A DNA stretch of 64,000 nt from Thermodesulfobacteriota bacterium. Its GTDB lineage: Bacteria > Desulfobacterota > QYQD01. The notes beneath the pieces are model-generated. The model did not search any database, was not told where the DNA came from, and saw nothing but the letters and a program-made list of their open reading frames with translations. Of this stretch, positions 9,131 to 18,989 are shown one piece after another; position 1 is the first letter of the stretch, and each line of letters opens with the position of its first letter. The stretch is from positions 35,117 to 99,116 of the forward strand of contig JAVHLC010000011.1 of NCBI GenBank assembly GCA_031082315.1, written 5' to 3'. The position numbers and the translations under genes were made by a program.

Positions 9131-9419
9131 AACCTAACCACAGAGAACACAGAGTTTTTGAAATTTAAAATTTTTTCTCCGTGTTTTCCGTGGTAAAATT
9201 TTTCCTTTTTTCTCTTATTGATCCCTGTAATATTATTGTCATTCCGGGCTTGACCCGGAATCCAGTCTTTTTTCTCTGGATTCCCGCTTTCGAGGGAATG
9301 ACGATAAACGGACATTTATTATGCAGCATTCAATAATTGCTATCTTTTTTTTGATTTCTTGATAAATATTTAGTTTTCTCCGTGCACTCTGTGGTTATTT
9401 TTATAAAACTTTTGTATTT

Positions 9420-9830
9420 TTATAAAGAGAACAACAGGAGGGCTGCCAGAGAGAAGAGTACGCCCAGGGCCTGTTTCAGGGTTAAGGTCTCTTTTAGAAA
9501 TATGGCGCTCAGTAAGAGGGTAATCAGGGGATAAAGGGCGGTCATAGTGACCACCACCGATGCCTTGCCTTTAGCCAGCGCCAGCAGAAAAAAGACCGTA
9601 CCCAGGGCAGCGGCCAGTCCGGCCAGTATGCTAAAGATGATCCCCCGGGTATTTATCTCAGGGCGGAAGTCTATAGATATGAGAACGGAGAAGATTACTA
9701 TAAGGGTCCCAATGGCCTGGTAAATAAACACGCTCCTGGGAGGCAGGTAATTTGTGGCCAGTTTTGGGAAAAAGCCCCATATACCCCATAGGATTAAGCA
9801 AGCGATAGATGGCGAGAACCAGTTATGCAT
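9420..9830 (-). CDS. EamA/DMT-family small membrane transporter (start moved to the internal Met)
   Basis: Hydrophobic 4-TM profile typical of an EamA half-domain. The listed ORF extends upstream into the palindromic repeat, so the MHNWF start at 9830 is more plausible. Confidence 0.45.
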   Translation of the reverse strand: MHNWFSPSIACLILWGIWGFFPKLATNYLPPRSVFIYQAIGTLIVIFSVLISIDFRPEINTRGIIFSILAGLAAALGTVFFLLALAKGKASVVVTMTALYPLITLLLSAIFLKETLTLKQALGVLFSLAALLLFSL

Positions 9831-9860
9831 ATATAGTCGATAGTGAATAGTCGATGGTTG

Positions 9861-10052
9861 ATAGCTGAAGGCTGAAAGCTCAAGGCTGAAAGCCTTAAAA
9901 CCAGAGAAACCAAAGAAAACAGAGAAACTACGGACAACGGACCACGGACAATACATACTTACCGGTAAAAAGACTTTGTTACGAAATCGTCAAGGTTGAG
10001 CCTTTAGCCTTGAGCCTTGAGCTTTCAGCCTTCAGCTTTTAGCTTTTAGCCT
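9861..10052. repeat. E repeat: a long imperfect inverted repeat built from tandem GCTGAARGC / AGCCTTSAG units around a ~100-nt spacer
   Basis: The left arm gatagctgaaggctgaaagctcaaggctgaaagcc and the right arm ttgagcctttagccttgagccttgagctttcagccttcagc are approximately reverse-complementary. The spacer carries agagaaac and acggaca repeats. It lies between the metG 3' end and the eamA-like start. Confidence 0.7.
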
Positions 10053-10062
10053 CTGGCTCCCC

Positions 10063-11964
10063 TCACGACACCCTCGTGCCTGCCTCTATCTCACCGTCAA
10101 CGGTCAGTACCCGGAGTCCGGAGGCATCCTTGGCAGCCAGTACCATGCCTTCCGACTGGACACCCATCAGCATGGCCGGCTTTAGATTAGCCACGATAAT
10201 AACCTTCTTGCCAATGACCTCTTCCGGTTTATAGAATTCGGCGATACCGGCTACGACTGTACGCTCCCGGTCCGCTAACACCTTTAGTTTTAAAAGTTTT
10301 TTGGACTTCGGAACCGGCTCGGCGGAGATTACTTCCGCCACCCGAAGGTCAGCTTTTTGGAAATCCGGAAAATCTATCATGGCCGTCTCGTTATTCACTT
10401 TAAGATCCCCTTTGGCTGTGTCTTCCGCTATCTTCTTTGTGGTCTCGAGGCGCGGGAAAAGAGGGTCTCCCTTTTTCAGGGTCCGGCCGGGAGAAAATAA
10501 ACCCCAGGTCATGCTGTCTGCATAGGCCGGATGCTCCGTTTCCTGATAGCCCAGGGCCGTCCTCATCTTACCCGCCGTCTCCGGGAGAAACGGTGAAAGC
10601 TGGATAGCAATCACACGGAGCGTTTCCGTAAGGTTATAAAGCACGGTGTGCAGCCGCCCTCTATCTTTTTCATCTTTAGCCAATTCCCAGGGGGCGGTCC
10701 GGACAATATATTTGTTGGCGTGATTAATTACTTCCCATATCTCCGCCAGGGCCTTATGAAAGGCGAACTCTTTTATGTGCCGGCCATAGTGTCCGGAGGC
10801 CTCGAGAGTCCGTTGTTTCAGTATTTCGTCTATCTCTTCGTTGAGTCCCGGTTGCGGAATAACGCCGTTACAGTATTTCTCAAGCATGGTCAGTGCCCGG
10901 CTGAAGAGGTTGCCCAGGTCATTGGCCAGGTCGGAGTTTCGGCGGGCGATGAGGGCCTCTTCACTGAAGGTGGCGTCGAGTCCGAAGACCATTTCCCGCA
11001 GGAGAAAGTAGCGCACCGTATCCACGCCGTAGGTCTCTGATAAATCAAGGGGCCGTATCACGTTCCCCAGGCTCTTGGACATCTTACTTTCATTTATGTT
11101 CCAGTACCCGTGGACATGAAGGCGCTGATAAGGCTGAATCCCGGCGGATTTAAGCATGGTCGGCCAGTAGATGGCATGGGGTTTGAGTATGTCTTTGGCT
11201 ATGATGTGTTCTGCCGCGGGCCAGAACTTCTGAAAATTAGCGCTGTCCGGGTAGCCGAGGCCGGAGATATAGTTTATGAGGGCATCAAACCAGACATAAG
11301 TGACAAACTGGTCATCAAAGGGCAGGGGGATTCCCCATTCCAGGCGTGAGCGCGGCCTGGAGATACAGAGGTCTTCCAGAGGCTCACTTAAAAATGACAG
11401 CGCTTCATTCCGATAGCGCTCCGGCGTGATAAACTCAGGGTGGTTTTTTATATGATCGATCAGCCAGTCCTGATACCGGCTCATACGGAAGAAGTAGTTC
11501 TTTTCCTTGACAAATACCGGCGTCACCTGGTGATCCGGACATTTACCGTCTATCAGCTCCCGTTCCAGATAGAAGCGCTCACACCCCGTACAATAAAGGC
11601 CGCCGTACTCGCCAAAATAGATATCACCTTTCTCATATACCTTATTCAGGATATGCTGAACCGCCCGTATATGGGCCGGGTCTGTGGTACGAATGAACCG
11701 GTCGGTGGCGACATTTAATCTGGGCCAGGTAGAACGGAAGATGCCGCTTATGTGGTCGGCATATTCCTTTGGAGACATCTTACGCCCGGCAGCGGCCTCG
11801 GCCACCTTATCTCCATGTTCATCCGTGCCCGTAAGGAAAAAGGTCTCGTCTCCGGCCAGACGGTGAAAACGTGTGGCCGCGTCAGCAACCAGAGTGGTAT
11901 AGGTATGTCCTATGTGCGGCTCGGCATTCACGTAATAGATGGGCGTGGTTATATAAAAGGTCAT
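10063..11964 (-). CDS. metG: Methionyl-tRNA synthetase with a C-terminal tRNA-binding domain
   Basis: 633 aa. Carries the HIGH-type PHIGHTYT and KMSKS motifs. The C-terminal EMAP/tRNA-binding domain is present. Confidence 0.85.
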   Translation of the reverse strand: MTFYITTPIYYVNAEPHIGHTYTTLVADAATRFHRLAGDETFFLTGTDEHGDKVAEAAAGRKMSPKEYADHISGIFRSTWPRLNVATDRFIRTTDPAHIRAVQHILNKVYEKGDIYFGEYGGLYCTGCERFYLERELIDGKCPDHQVTPVFVKEKNYFFRMSRYQDWLIDHIKNHPEFITPERYRNEALSFLSEPLEDLCISRPRSRLEWGIPLPFDDQFVTYVWFDALINYISGLGYPDSANFQKFWPAAEHIIAKDILKPHAIYWPTMLKSAGIQPYQRLHVHGYWNINESKMSKSLGNVIRPLDLSETYGVDTVRYFLLREMVFGLDATFSEEALIARRNSDLANDLGNLFSRALTMLEKYCNGVIPQPGLNEEIDEILKQRTLEASGHYGRHIKEFAFHKALAEIWEVINHANKYIVRTAPWELAKDEKDRGRLHTVLYNLTETLRVIAIQLSPFLPETAGKMRTALGYQETEHPAYADSMTWGLFSPGRTLKKGDPLFPRLETTKKIAEDTAKGDLKVNNETAMIDFPDFQKADLRVAEVISAEPVPKSKKLLKLKVLADRERTVVAGIAEFYKPEEVIGKKVIIVANLKPAMLMGVQSEGMVLAAKDASGLRVLTVDGEIEAGTRVS

Positions 11965-12812
11965 GATGCAGGCACCTCATCCTGGGCCTTGCGTCCTTTT
12001 TCCGCCCCGGTTTCTATATCCGCAGGCGAGACTTCCATCTCGCTGCCGTCGGCCAGGGAGACAACTATAGTACTGCGGAGGGTGTTGTGCCTTATGACCC
12101 TTCCCTCACCTTGTTGCGTCTGAACTTTTCTGCCTATTTTAGGCAGGCCTTTCTTAAGTTCAGCATAGGTCTTACATTCATAAGCCAGGCAGCAGAGGAG
12201 GCGGCCACAGGCCCCGGATATCTTGGCGGGATTCAGGGGCAGGTCCTGTTCCTTGGCCATACGGATGGAGATGGGCTCAAATTCGGACAGAAAAGATGCG
12301 CAGCATAACGGAAGACCACAGTGGCCCATACCGCCCAGGAATTTGGCCTCATTTCGCACGCCGATCTGCCTCATTTCTATGCGTGTATGATATTTTTGTA
12401 CCATGGTTTTCACTAATTCCCGGAAGTCAACCCGTCCTTCGGAGGTAAAATAAAAAATTATCTTGCTGCCGTCAAAGAATCTCTCCGTGACTATCAGCTT
12501 CATAGGGAGATTCGTCTTCCGGATTTGTTCCAGACAGAAGTCCCGGGTCTCTTTTTCTTTCAAAAGATTGTCTTTATGCCGGATGATCTCTTCCTCTGTG
12601 GCCAGCCGTTCTACTTTGGGGATTCCCTCCGGCGGGGTCTCCCTTTCTATGCTTAACGGCTGGTCTATAACCATTCCTGGTTCATGACCATGTTCGGTCA
12701 TAACCATAACCGTATCGCCTTTTTTCAGATCAAAAGTGCCGGCGTCAGCATGTATTCCCCGAGTATTATCTCGGAAACGAACCGGGATCAGCTTCACTGT
12801 TTTCTCCATCAA
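11961..12812 (-). CDS. ricT: PSP1 C-terminal domain protein (RicT/YaaT homolog)
   Basis: 283 aa with the conserved PSP1 core (...CGRLLCCLAYE...). Sits in the conserved holB-yaaT-...-metG arrangement. Confidence 0.7.
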   Translation of the reverse strand: MMEKTVKLIPVRFRDNTRGIHADAGTFDLKKGDTVMVMTEHGHEPGMVIDQPLSIERETPPEGIPKVERLATEEEIIRHKDNLLKEKETRDFCLEQIRKTNLPMKLIVTERFFDGSKIIFYFTSEGRVDFRELVKTMVQKYHTRIEMRQIGVRNEAKFLGGMGHCGLPLCCASFLSEFEPISIRMAKEQDLPLNPAKISGACGRLLCCLAYECKTYAELKKGLPKIGRKVQTQQGEGRVIRHNTLRSTIVVSLADGSEMEVSPADIETGAEKGRKAQDEVPAS

Positions 12813-13813
12813 TGGGCTAGCTGCAAAAATAGATTTTCTAATATCAATTGCCGGTTATAATTCCTGGTAACGGCCTGCTCGGCGCTGTGCAGGAGTTCCA
12901 GACCATGTATAATCTCTTTCTCTGTCCATCGCCGGGCGCCTTCAAAAAGGACCTCTCTCAGGTCTTTATTTATGAGGTGTCTCTCATCCAGCCCCTGCCG
13001 TAAGAACAACGAGTCCCGGAGGCAGGTACTGAGCATGGCGATAATCTCCGGGAGCTCCTCTTTCCGTCCGGCCAGGTCTTCGGCCAGGAGCAGCAGGCCT
13101 TGCATGTCCTGCCTGGAAAGAGAGATTAATTGTATGCAGACATCCCGCCGCATCTCCATAAGCGGAGAATCGGCCAGCCTGACGGCCCTGCCCAGGCTGC
13201 CCCCGGAGAGGGAGGCCAGAAGGGCAGCCTGGGCAGGGGGAAACCTGTTATCTCCATAGGAGCAGAGATATTCGCTAATCACCTCCGGCGAGAGAGGGCG
13301 GAAGGGGACGGCCTGGCAACGGGAGACGATGGTGGGCAGAAGTTCATTTATATCCGTAGCCATCAGGATAATAATGGAGGCATCCGGCGGTTCTTCCAGG
13401 GTCTTGAGAAGGCAGTTGGCCGATTCTTTGTTTAACAGATCGGCATTGGTTATTATAACGATGCGGTAACGCCCTTCCAGGGGTTTGTATCTTAACTGCC
13501 TTTGTAAAGACCTTATCTGTTCGATCCTTATAAAGGCCCCGCTTGGTTTGATGACGACAAGGTCCGGATGGGCGCCGCTTTCCATCTTTAGACATGAGCG
13601 GCATTTACCAGCACAGGCCTCGACGCCCTGCGGTGATAGACAATTGAGGGCCCGGGCCAGGGCGCGGGCGGTCTTTTCCTTGCCGATGCCTTCGATCCCG
13701 TAAAAGAGATAGGCGTGGGCCACCTTGCCTCTCTCAAGGGAGTTTTTCAGCAATTTAATGGCCGGCTCCTGTCCCAATATCTCCGCAAACGACATACTAT
13801 TTTTTCCCGGCAT
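12809..13813 (-). CDS. holB: DNA polymerase III delta-prime subunit
   Basis: 334 aa. The N-terminal ...HAYLFYGIEGIGKEKTA... Walker A-like clamp-loader motif and a Cys cluster are present. Synteny places it upstream of ricT. Confidence 0.75.
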   Translation of the reverse strand: MPGKNSMSFAEILGQEPAIKLLKNSLERGKVAHAYLFYGIEGIGKEKTARALARALNCLSPQGVEACAGKCRSCLKMESGAHPDLVVIKPSGAFIRIEQIRSLQRQLRYKPLEGRYRIVIITNADLLNKESANCLLKTLEEPPDASIIILMATDINELLPTIVSRCQAVPFRPLSPEVISEYLCSYGDNRFPPAQAALLASLSGGSLGRAVRLADSPLMEMRRDVCIQLISLSRQDMQGLLLLAEDLAGRKEELPEIIAMLSTCLRDSLFLRQGLDERHLINKDLREVLFEGARRWTEKEIIHGLELLHSAEQAVTRNYNRQLILENLFLQLAH

Positions 13814-14867
13814 TCAATCTGTCTATCAGGCTGTAGGTCTCCCCGGCCGCCGGTTCCCGGACGCCGGTCTTTTCTTTTTCAGACTCCGGCGTTTCTTCAA
13901 GGTCTTCCTCCCCAAAGTAGATATAACGATCCAGGGGGCGGAAAAAACTACTCCAGCGGGCCGAGGGTTCCAAATGCGCCTTCTTAAGGCTTTTTATGGC
14001 GTTGACCTTGGCGTCCAGGTCGTCTAAAAGGTGCAAAACAAAGGCCTCGGCCGTCTTGGGACGCTTCGGCGATCCGGATTCGTATTCCCCGTGATGGCTG
14101 AGGATGAGGTGTTTCAAAAGCATGGCCTTATCCTCGGGAAAGTGGGGTATGGCCTCGATCTTTTCCTGTATCATCTGGGCCCCGATCACCAGATGGCCGA
14201 CCAGGCGACCCTCATCCGTATAATCAAAAAAACTGGACTCCGGCGGATAAGTGAATTCTTTTATCTTACCGATGTCGTGGAGAATGCTTCCGGTGACGAG
14301 GAGGTCTTTGTCAAGTTCCGGATAATTTTTTACTGCGCCGGTTACTAAAGTAGTCACGGATAAGGTGTGTTCCAAGAGGCCGCCCAGATAGGCATGATGC
14401 ATACGTTTGGCCGCGGGAGCCACTCTGAAACGCTGACGAAATTTTTTGTCATTAAAAAAGCCGTTTAATATCAGCATCAAATGAGGATCCCGGACGTTTC
14501 CGGCTAATTCCTTTAATTCCCGCCACATCTCTTCGCTATCTCTGGATGAAGAGGGCAGAAAGGCCGCAGCCTCCACGGCCTCCGGACTGCACGGGGTAAG
14601 GTGTATTATGTTCAACTGGGTCTGGTCACGGTAGGATTCGGCCTGGGCCTCTATAGAGATATAATCCCCTTTTTTAAAAAGGCCGTCCCTTTCCTCGCCC
14701 CTTTCCCAGACGCGGGCCTCTATCTCTCCGGTCTTGTCCGCCAGGGTAATGGCCAGATAAAATGCGCCATTTTTGGTCAAAGCGGAGGTCTTTCCCTTGA
14801 CCAGAAATATCCCGCGCACCGGGTTATTAGGCCGGATATCCTTTATGTAACTACCTTTTTTCTGCAT
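13797..14867 (-). CDS. yhaM: YhaM-like 3'-5' exoribonuclease (OB-fold plus HD domain)
   Basis: 356 aa. Has an N-terminal OB-fold and a C-terminal HD motif (LILSHHGEYESGSP...LDDLDAK). Confidence 0.65.
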   Translation of the reverse strand: MQKKGSYIKDIRPNNPVRGIFLVKGKTSALTKNGAFYLAITLADKTGEIEARVWERGEERDGLFKKGDYISIEAQAESYRDQTQLNIIHLTPCSPEAVEAAAFLPSSSRDSEEMWRELKELAGNVRDPHLMLILNGFFNDKKFRQRFRVAPAAKRMHHAYLGGLLEHTLSVTTLVTGAVKNYPELDKDLLVTGSILHDIGKIKEFTYPPESSFFDYTDEGRLVGHLVIGAQMIQEKIEAIPHFPEDKAMLLKHLILSHHGEYESGSPKRPKTAEAFVLHLLDDLDAKVNAIKSLKKAHLEPSARWSSFFRPLDRYIYFGEEDLEETPESEKEKTGVREPAAGETYSLIDRLNAGKK

Positions 14868-14872
14868 ATATT

Positions 14873-17851
14873 CTACCAGCGCAGGGGTCTTTGCCAGGCC
14901 TCTTTGAGCCGGGCTATGGACGCCGATACCACTATATCACCTCTCAGGCCGTTACAAATCAGGATCGGCTCTTCAGTTACCCGGCCTATGCGGGCCAGGG
15001 TTGTACCCTGCATAACAGCGCTAAACGCCTCTTCTCTGTCCGGGTGAACAGTCACCACAAAACGGCTCTGGGATTCGGAAAAGAGGAGGAAGTCATCGCG
15101 TTCTATGTCCTCTTTGGGTACAGAGGCCAGGTCGATATTCATACCCAGCCCGCCGGCGAAGGCCGTTTCCGCCAGGGCCACCCCTAATCCCCCGTCCGAA
15201 CAGTCATGGCAGGAGGCCACCAGTCCTTCACAGATGGCCCCGGTCAGCCTCTCATAGCCAGCCCTTGCGGCTGCGGCATCCACTACAGGGACATTGTTTC
15301 CTATGTAACCGTGCCGGGCGAAGTATTCCGAGCCGCCCAGCTCCGGTTTAGTGAGACCTATGACATATACCAGGTCGCCCGGCTCCTTGGCGTCCATGGT
15401 TTGCACCCGCCGGACATCGTCGATCTTTCCCAAGACAGAAAAGAGCACCGTGGGCGGGATGGATATCTTTGTATTCTCCACGATGTAGTCGTTTTTCATG
15501 CTGTCCTTGCCGGAGATGCACGGCACGCCATAGGCCGTGGTGTAATCGTACAGGGCCTGATTGGCGCGGACCAGTTGGGCCAGTTTGTAGCGGCCGTCCG
15601 GCGTCTTTTCGGATTGAATGGGATCACACCAGCAGAAGTTATCCAGTCCGGCCAGATGCCTGATATCTCCGCCGGAGGCTATGGCGTTGCGTATGGCCTC
15701 ATCAATGGCACAGGCCATCATGTGATAGGTGTCTATATCACTGTAGCGGGGACAGATGCCGTTGGCTACCACAATCCCTTCAAAAGACGAGAGCACCGGC
15801 CTGATGACCGCGGCATCGCTGGGGCCGTCTCCATTTACACCGGAAAGGGGCTTGATAACGCCTCCGCCCTGTACCTCATGATCGTACTGCCGGACCACGT
15901 ATTCTTTACTGCATATATTCAGGCGGCCGAGCATGGTCTCCAGGGTGGAAGTGAGGTCTTCTACCTCCGGAATGTCCGGTTCAGGGTATTTAGGAGGCGT
16001 CCAGACGGCCACCATTTCCATCTGGGGCAGCCCGTTGTGGACAAATTCCATATTCAGGCAGGCTACTGTCTTTCCCTCATAGGTGACCAGGAACTCCCCG
16101 TTGTCATTAAAGCGGCCCAGAACCGTGGCCTCCACGCCCATTTTTTTGGCCAGGGCCAGGAAGGCGTCTTTATTATCCGGGGGCACGGCCAGGGTCATGC
16201 GCTCCTGGGCCTCGGAGAGAAATATCTCCCAGGGGTTAAGGCCGGCATACTTGAGCGGGGCTTTTTCCAGTTGAAGCTCAAAGCCTCCACAGTCCTGGGC
16301 CATTTCGCCTACGGAGGAGGAAAGGCCGCCGGCCCCGTTATCGGTTATGCTCCGGTAAAGACACAGGTCGCGGGCTACCAGGAGAAAATCCGTCATCTTT
16401 TTCTGGGTGATGGGGTCTCCGATCTGCACCGCCGTGGCCGGTGATCCTTCATGCAATTCTTCGGAAGAAAACGTGGCCCCATGTATGCCGTCTTTACCGA
16501 TGCGGCCGCCGGTCATGACGATAAAATCTCCCGGCTCGGCTTTTTTGATATGCGAAGGCCCGCCGCATACCACGGCCGGCATGATGCCGCCTGTCCCGCA
16601 GAATACCAGCGGTTTACCCAGATAGCGTTCATCAAATACGAGGCAGCCGTTTACGGTAGGGATGCCGCTTTTGTTCCCGCCGTGTTCCACGCCTTCCCGC
16701 ACGCCCTCAAAGATGCGTTTGGGGTGGAGGAGCCGGGGGGGCAGGGGCTTATCGTAATCCGGGGGCGCGAAGCAGAAGACATCGGTATTGAAGATGAGTT
16801 TGGCCCCTTTGCCGGTGCCGAAAGGGTCGCGGTTAACCCCGACTATGCCGGTAAGGGCCCCGCCGTAAGGATCAAGGGCCGAGGGACTGTTGTGGGTCTC
16901 AACTTTAAGGGCCAGGCTCCATTCCTCGTTAAATTTGATTACGCCGGCGTTATCACGGAAGACGGAAAGGCAGAAGTCGCTTTCCCCTTTGGCCTCACGG
17001 ATCAGTTGAGTAGATGCCTTTATGTAGGTGTCATAGAGACTGTTTATGGTGACAGTCCGGCCGGTTTCGTCCGTATAGTGGATGCGGCCGTTAAATATCT
17101 TATGCTTGCAGTGCTCGGACCAGCTCTGGGCCAGGCATTCCAGCTCCACATCCGTGACCTTTTCGCCCAGACCGAGACTCCGGCGATGGGCCAGCGCCTC
17201 AGGAGAGGTGATGTAATCCCGAATGACCTTCATTTCAGCAAGGTTAAGGGCCAGTACCCGCTCGCGGCTTATGGCCAGAAGTCTTTCATCACTCACCGCA
17301 AGATCAATCTCCTCAACGGTGGGACGTGTATCGGCGACTACCCTGGGAACAAGAGGCGGCATCCCCGTGGTCTTATCCCATTCAGATCGATCCTTGATGC
17401 GGAAACTCTGGATAAGGGTGTTGGCCAGGAGGCCGGTGGCTATGCGTTCTACGTCTTTCAGGGACAGATCACCGGCGAGGGCATACTGTGTAGAGGTATA
17501 AACCCCTTCGCCCCTGTTCAATTTCCGTCCGATGGCCAGTTCAAGGGATTCCCGGGCTGTTTTCCCCTCATTATCCGTCACACCCGGCCTGAACCCCACC
17601 TCGATAAGCCAATCAAATGCATCGGCCAAGGGGCGGTCAATGGAATACTCCTGGCTGATAGAGTCACAAAAGAGCTGGCCGGCCAATTCTTCTACCAGAG
17701 TGGAGTCAACCCCGGCATCAATCGTAAATACCTTGATAGTCCGCACGGAACGGACGGGGAGGTGGATATCCTCGTTGATCCTCTTTCGGATCTTCTCCCC
17801 AAAGGCATCACGCAGTGATTTTTTGAGCATTACTTCGATGCGGTGAATCAT
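14873..17851 (-). CDS. purL: Phosphoribosylformylglycinamidine synthase subunit PurL (long form with a PurS-like N-terminus)
   Basis: 992 aa. Contains AIR-synthase-related domains, glycine-rich loops and an N-terminal PurS-like segment. The long antisense ORFs inside it are shadow ORFs. Confidence 0.8.
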   Translation of the reverse strand: MIHRIEVMLKKSLRDAFGEKIRKRINEDIHLPVRSVRTIKVFTIDAGVDSTLVEELAGQLFCDSISQEYSIDRPLADAFDWLIEVGFRPGVTDNEGKTARESLELAIGRKLNRGEGVYTSTQYALAGDLSLKDVERIATGLLANTLIQSFRIKDRSEWDKTTGMPPLVPRVVADTRPTVEEIDLAVSDERLLAISRERVLALNLAEMKVIRDYITSPEALAHRRSLGLGEKVTDVELECLAQSWSEHCKHKIFNGRIHYTDETGRTVTINSLYDTYIKASTQLIREAKGESDFCLSVFRDNAGVIKFNEEWSLALKVETHNSPSALDPYGGALTGIVGVNRDPFGTGKGAKLIFNTDVFCFAPPDYDKPLPPRLLHPKRIFEGVREGVEHGGNKSGIPTVNGCLVFDERYLGKPLVFCGTGGIMPAVVCGGPSHIKKAEPGDFIVMTGGRIGKDGIHGATFSSEELHEGSPATAVQIGDPITQKKMTDFLLVARDLCLYRSITDNGAGGLSSSVGEMAQDCGGFELQLEKAPLKYAGLNPWEIFLSEAQERMTLAVPPDNKDAFLALAKKMGVEATVLGRFNDNGEFLVTYEGKTVACLNMEFVHNGLPQMEMVAVWTPPKYPEPDIPEVEDLTSTLETMLGRLNICSKEYVVRQYDHEVQGGGVIKPLSGVNGDGPSDAAVIRPVLSSFEGIVVANGICPRYSDIDTYHMMACAIDEAIRNAIASGGDIRHLAGLDNFCWCDPIQSEKTPDGRYKLAQLVRANQALYDYTTAYGVPCISGKDSMKNDYIVENTKISIPPTVLFSVLGKIDDVRRVQTMDAKEPGDLVYVIGLTKPELGGSEYFARHGYIGNNVPVVDAAAARAGYERLTGAICEGLVASCHDCSDGGLGVALAETAFAGGLGMNIDLASVPKEDIERDDFLLFSESQSRFVVTVHPDREEAFSAVMQGTTLARIGRVTEEPILICNGLRGDIVVSASIARLKEAWQRPLRW

Positions 17852-18078
17852 AGGCGGTAACTATAACAGACTCTATTTTTCTTTTCAAACACTTTCCCTC
17901 GCGCCCGTCTCCCGTCACTTGCGCGGGGCATGGAGGACTGAAACCCCACAACCCCCCCTTTTTGCTTGACGCCACCATCTTTTTTCTCTATGACTATGAA
18001 AAAAGACAGTCGACAGCTAAAATATAATGTTGGGCTAATCATGCCACTGTTGATACAGACACTGCGAGAGGTCCCTAA

Positions 18079-18885
18079 ATGAAAAATTATAAAGCCATAT
18101 TTGACGCTGTTGAGAAAACCCTAGTTGCGATTGGTTCACGAAATGTTCCAAGTGCAACAATTCGAGAACGGCTGGACGTTTTCAAGACTTTTGAGCAAAA
18201 GATCTTTTCGGATGGTGACTATTATGATCTCTTAGTTGCTATTCCTTTCTATGCAGGTATGCGGGCGGATGTTGTCTCCTCGAAACTCCCCACTATTCGC
18301 AGCCACTTTCCAGATTATGAAACAGTATCAGGATACACGGAGAGTAAGGTCAACGAAATTCTTAACGATCCCAGAATGATTAGACATGCAGGTAAAATAT
18401 CAGCGTGCATCAATAACGCACGAGCAGTCAAGGCCATGGTACAGAAGTATGGCTCCTTTCAAAAATATATTGATTCCTTCTCTCCGAGGCAGTCCCTCGA
18501 TAATCTCTTGCGGCTTCGAGCTGTGTTGATGCGTTCACCGTTCTCGCATTTGGGACGAGTTACTTCATACCATTTCCTCACAGACATAGGTATGCCTGTT
18601 CTAAAACCTGACCGCGTTATACAGCGCATCTTTTATAGATTAGGACTGATCCAGAGTGAGAAAGTCACAGACAAGCAACTGACGGAGACGATATTCGAAG
18701 GGCAAGCATTTGCGAAGGCAACCGGACACCCGATACGCTATATTGACGCCGTCTTTGTAGTATATGGGCAAGTCAGCCCTGAGAGTTTTGGCATACGTGA
18801 AGGCATTTGCCTGGCAAAGCGCCCCCGGTGCGAGGTATGTGGAATTCGCTCCTATTGTAATTACGAACCAAAAACGTCACGCTGA
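18079..18885 (+). CDS. tag: DNA-3-methyladenine glycosylase I (Tag)-family protein
   Basis: 268 aa. IRHAGKISACINNARA matches the Tag signature IRHRGKIQAIIGNARA. The C-terminus carries a CxxC zinc site (CEVCG). Confidence 0.6.
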   Translation: MKNYKAIFDAVEKTLVAIGSRNVPSATIRERLDVFKTFEQKIFSDGDYYDLLVAIPFYAGMRADVVSSKLPTIRSHFPDYETVSGYTESKVNEILNDPRMIRHAGKISACINNARAVKAMVQKYGSFQKYIDSFSPRQSLDNLLRLRAVLMRSPFSHLGRVTSYHFLTDIGMPVLKPDRVIQRIFYRLGLIQSEKVTDKQLTETIFEGQAFAKATGHPIRYIDAVFVVYGQVSPESFGIREGICLAKRPRCEVCGIRSYCNYEPKTSR

Positions 18886-18989
18886 GAGGACTTGCTGTAT
18901 CGCATCGATAGGATAGGGGCTAACTATCCGCCTGCAGCCGACGCCAGGTAACGTGGTTGGCTTTTCCCGGAGCGCAGTTTAGGACTTTA

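Noticed and set aside
9127-9315. 62-aa minus-strand ORF in the AT-rich structured intergenic region
   Set aside because: The product is low-complexity and Lys/Asn-rich, with no RBS. It overlaps the predicted hairpins.
15206-17818. Long antisense ORFs (412 and 455 aa) on the plus strand inside purL
   Set aside because: These are shadow ORFs in a GC-rich, strongly conserved minus-strand gene. They have no start context or recognisable domains.
17852-18078. Possible ZTP/pfl or purine riboswitch in the purL leader
   Set aside because: The reverse-complement of the leader lacks the GGGUCGUGAC…CCGCCUGGGCA ZTP consensus. Only a generic GC hairpin is present.
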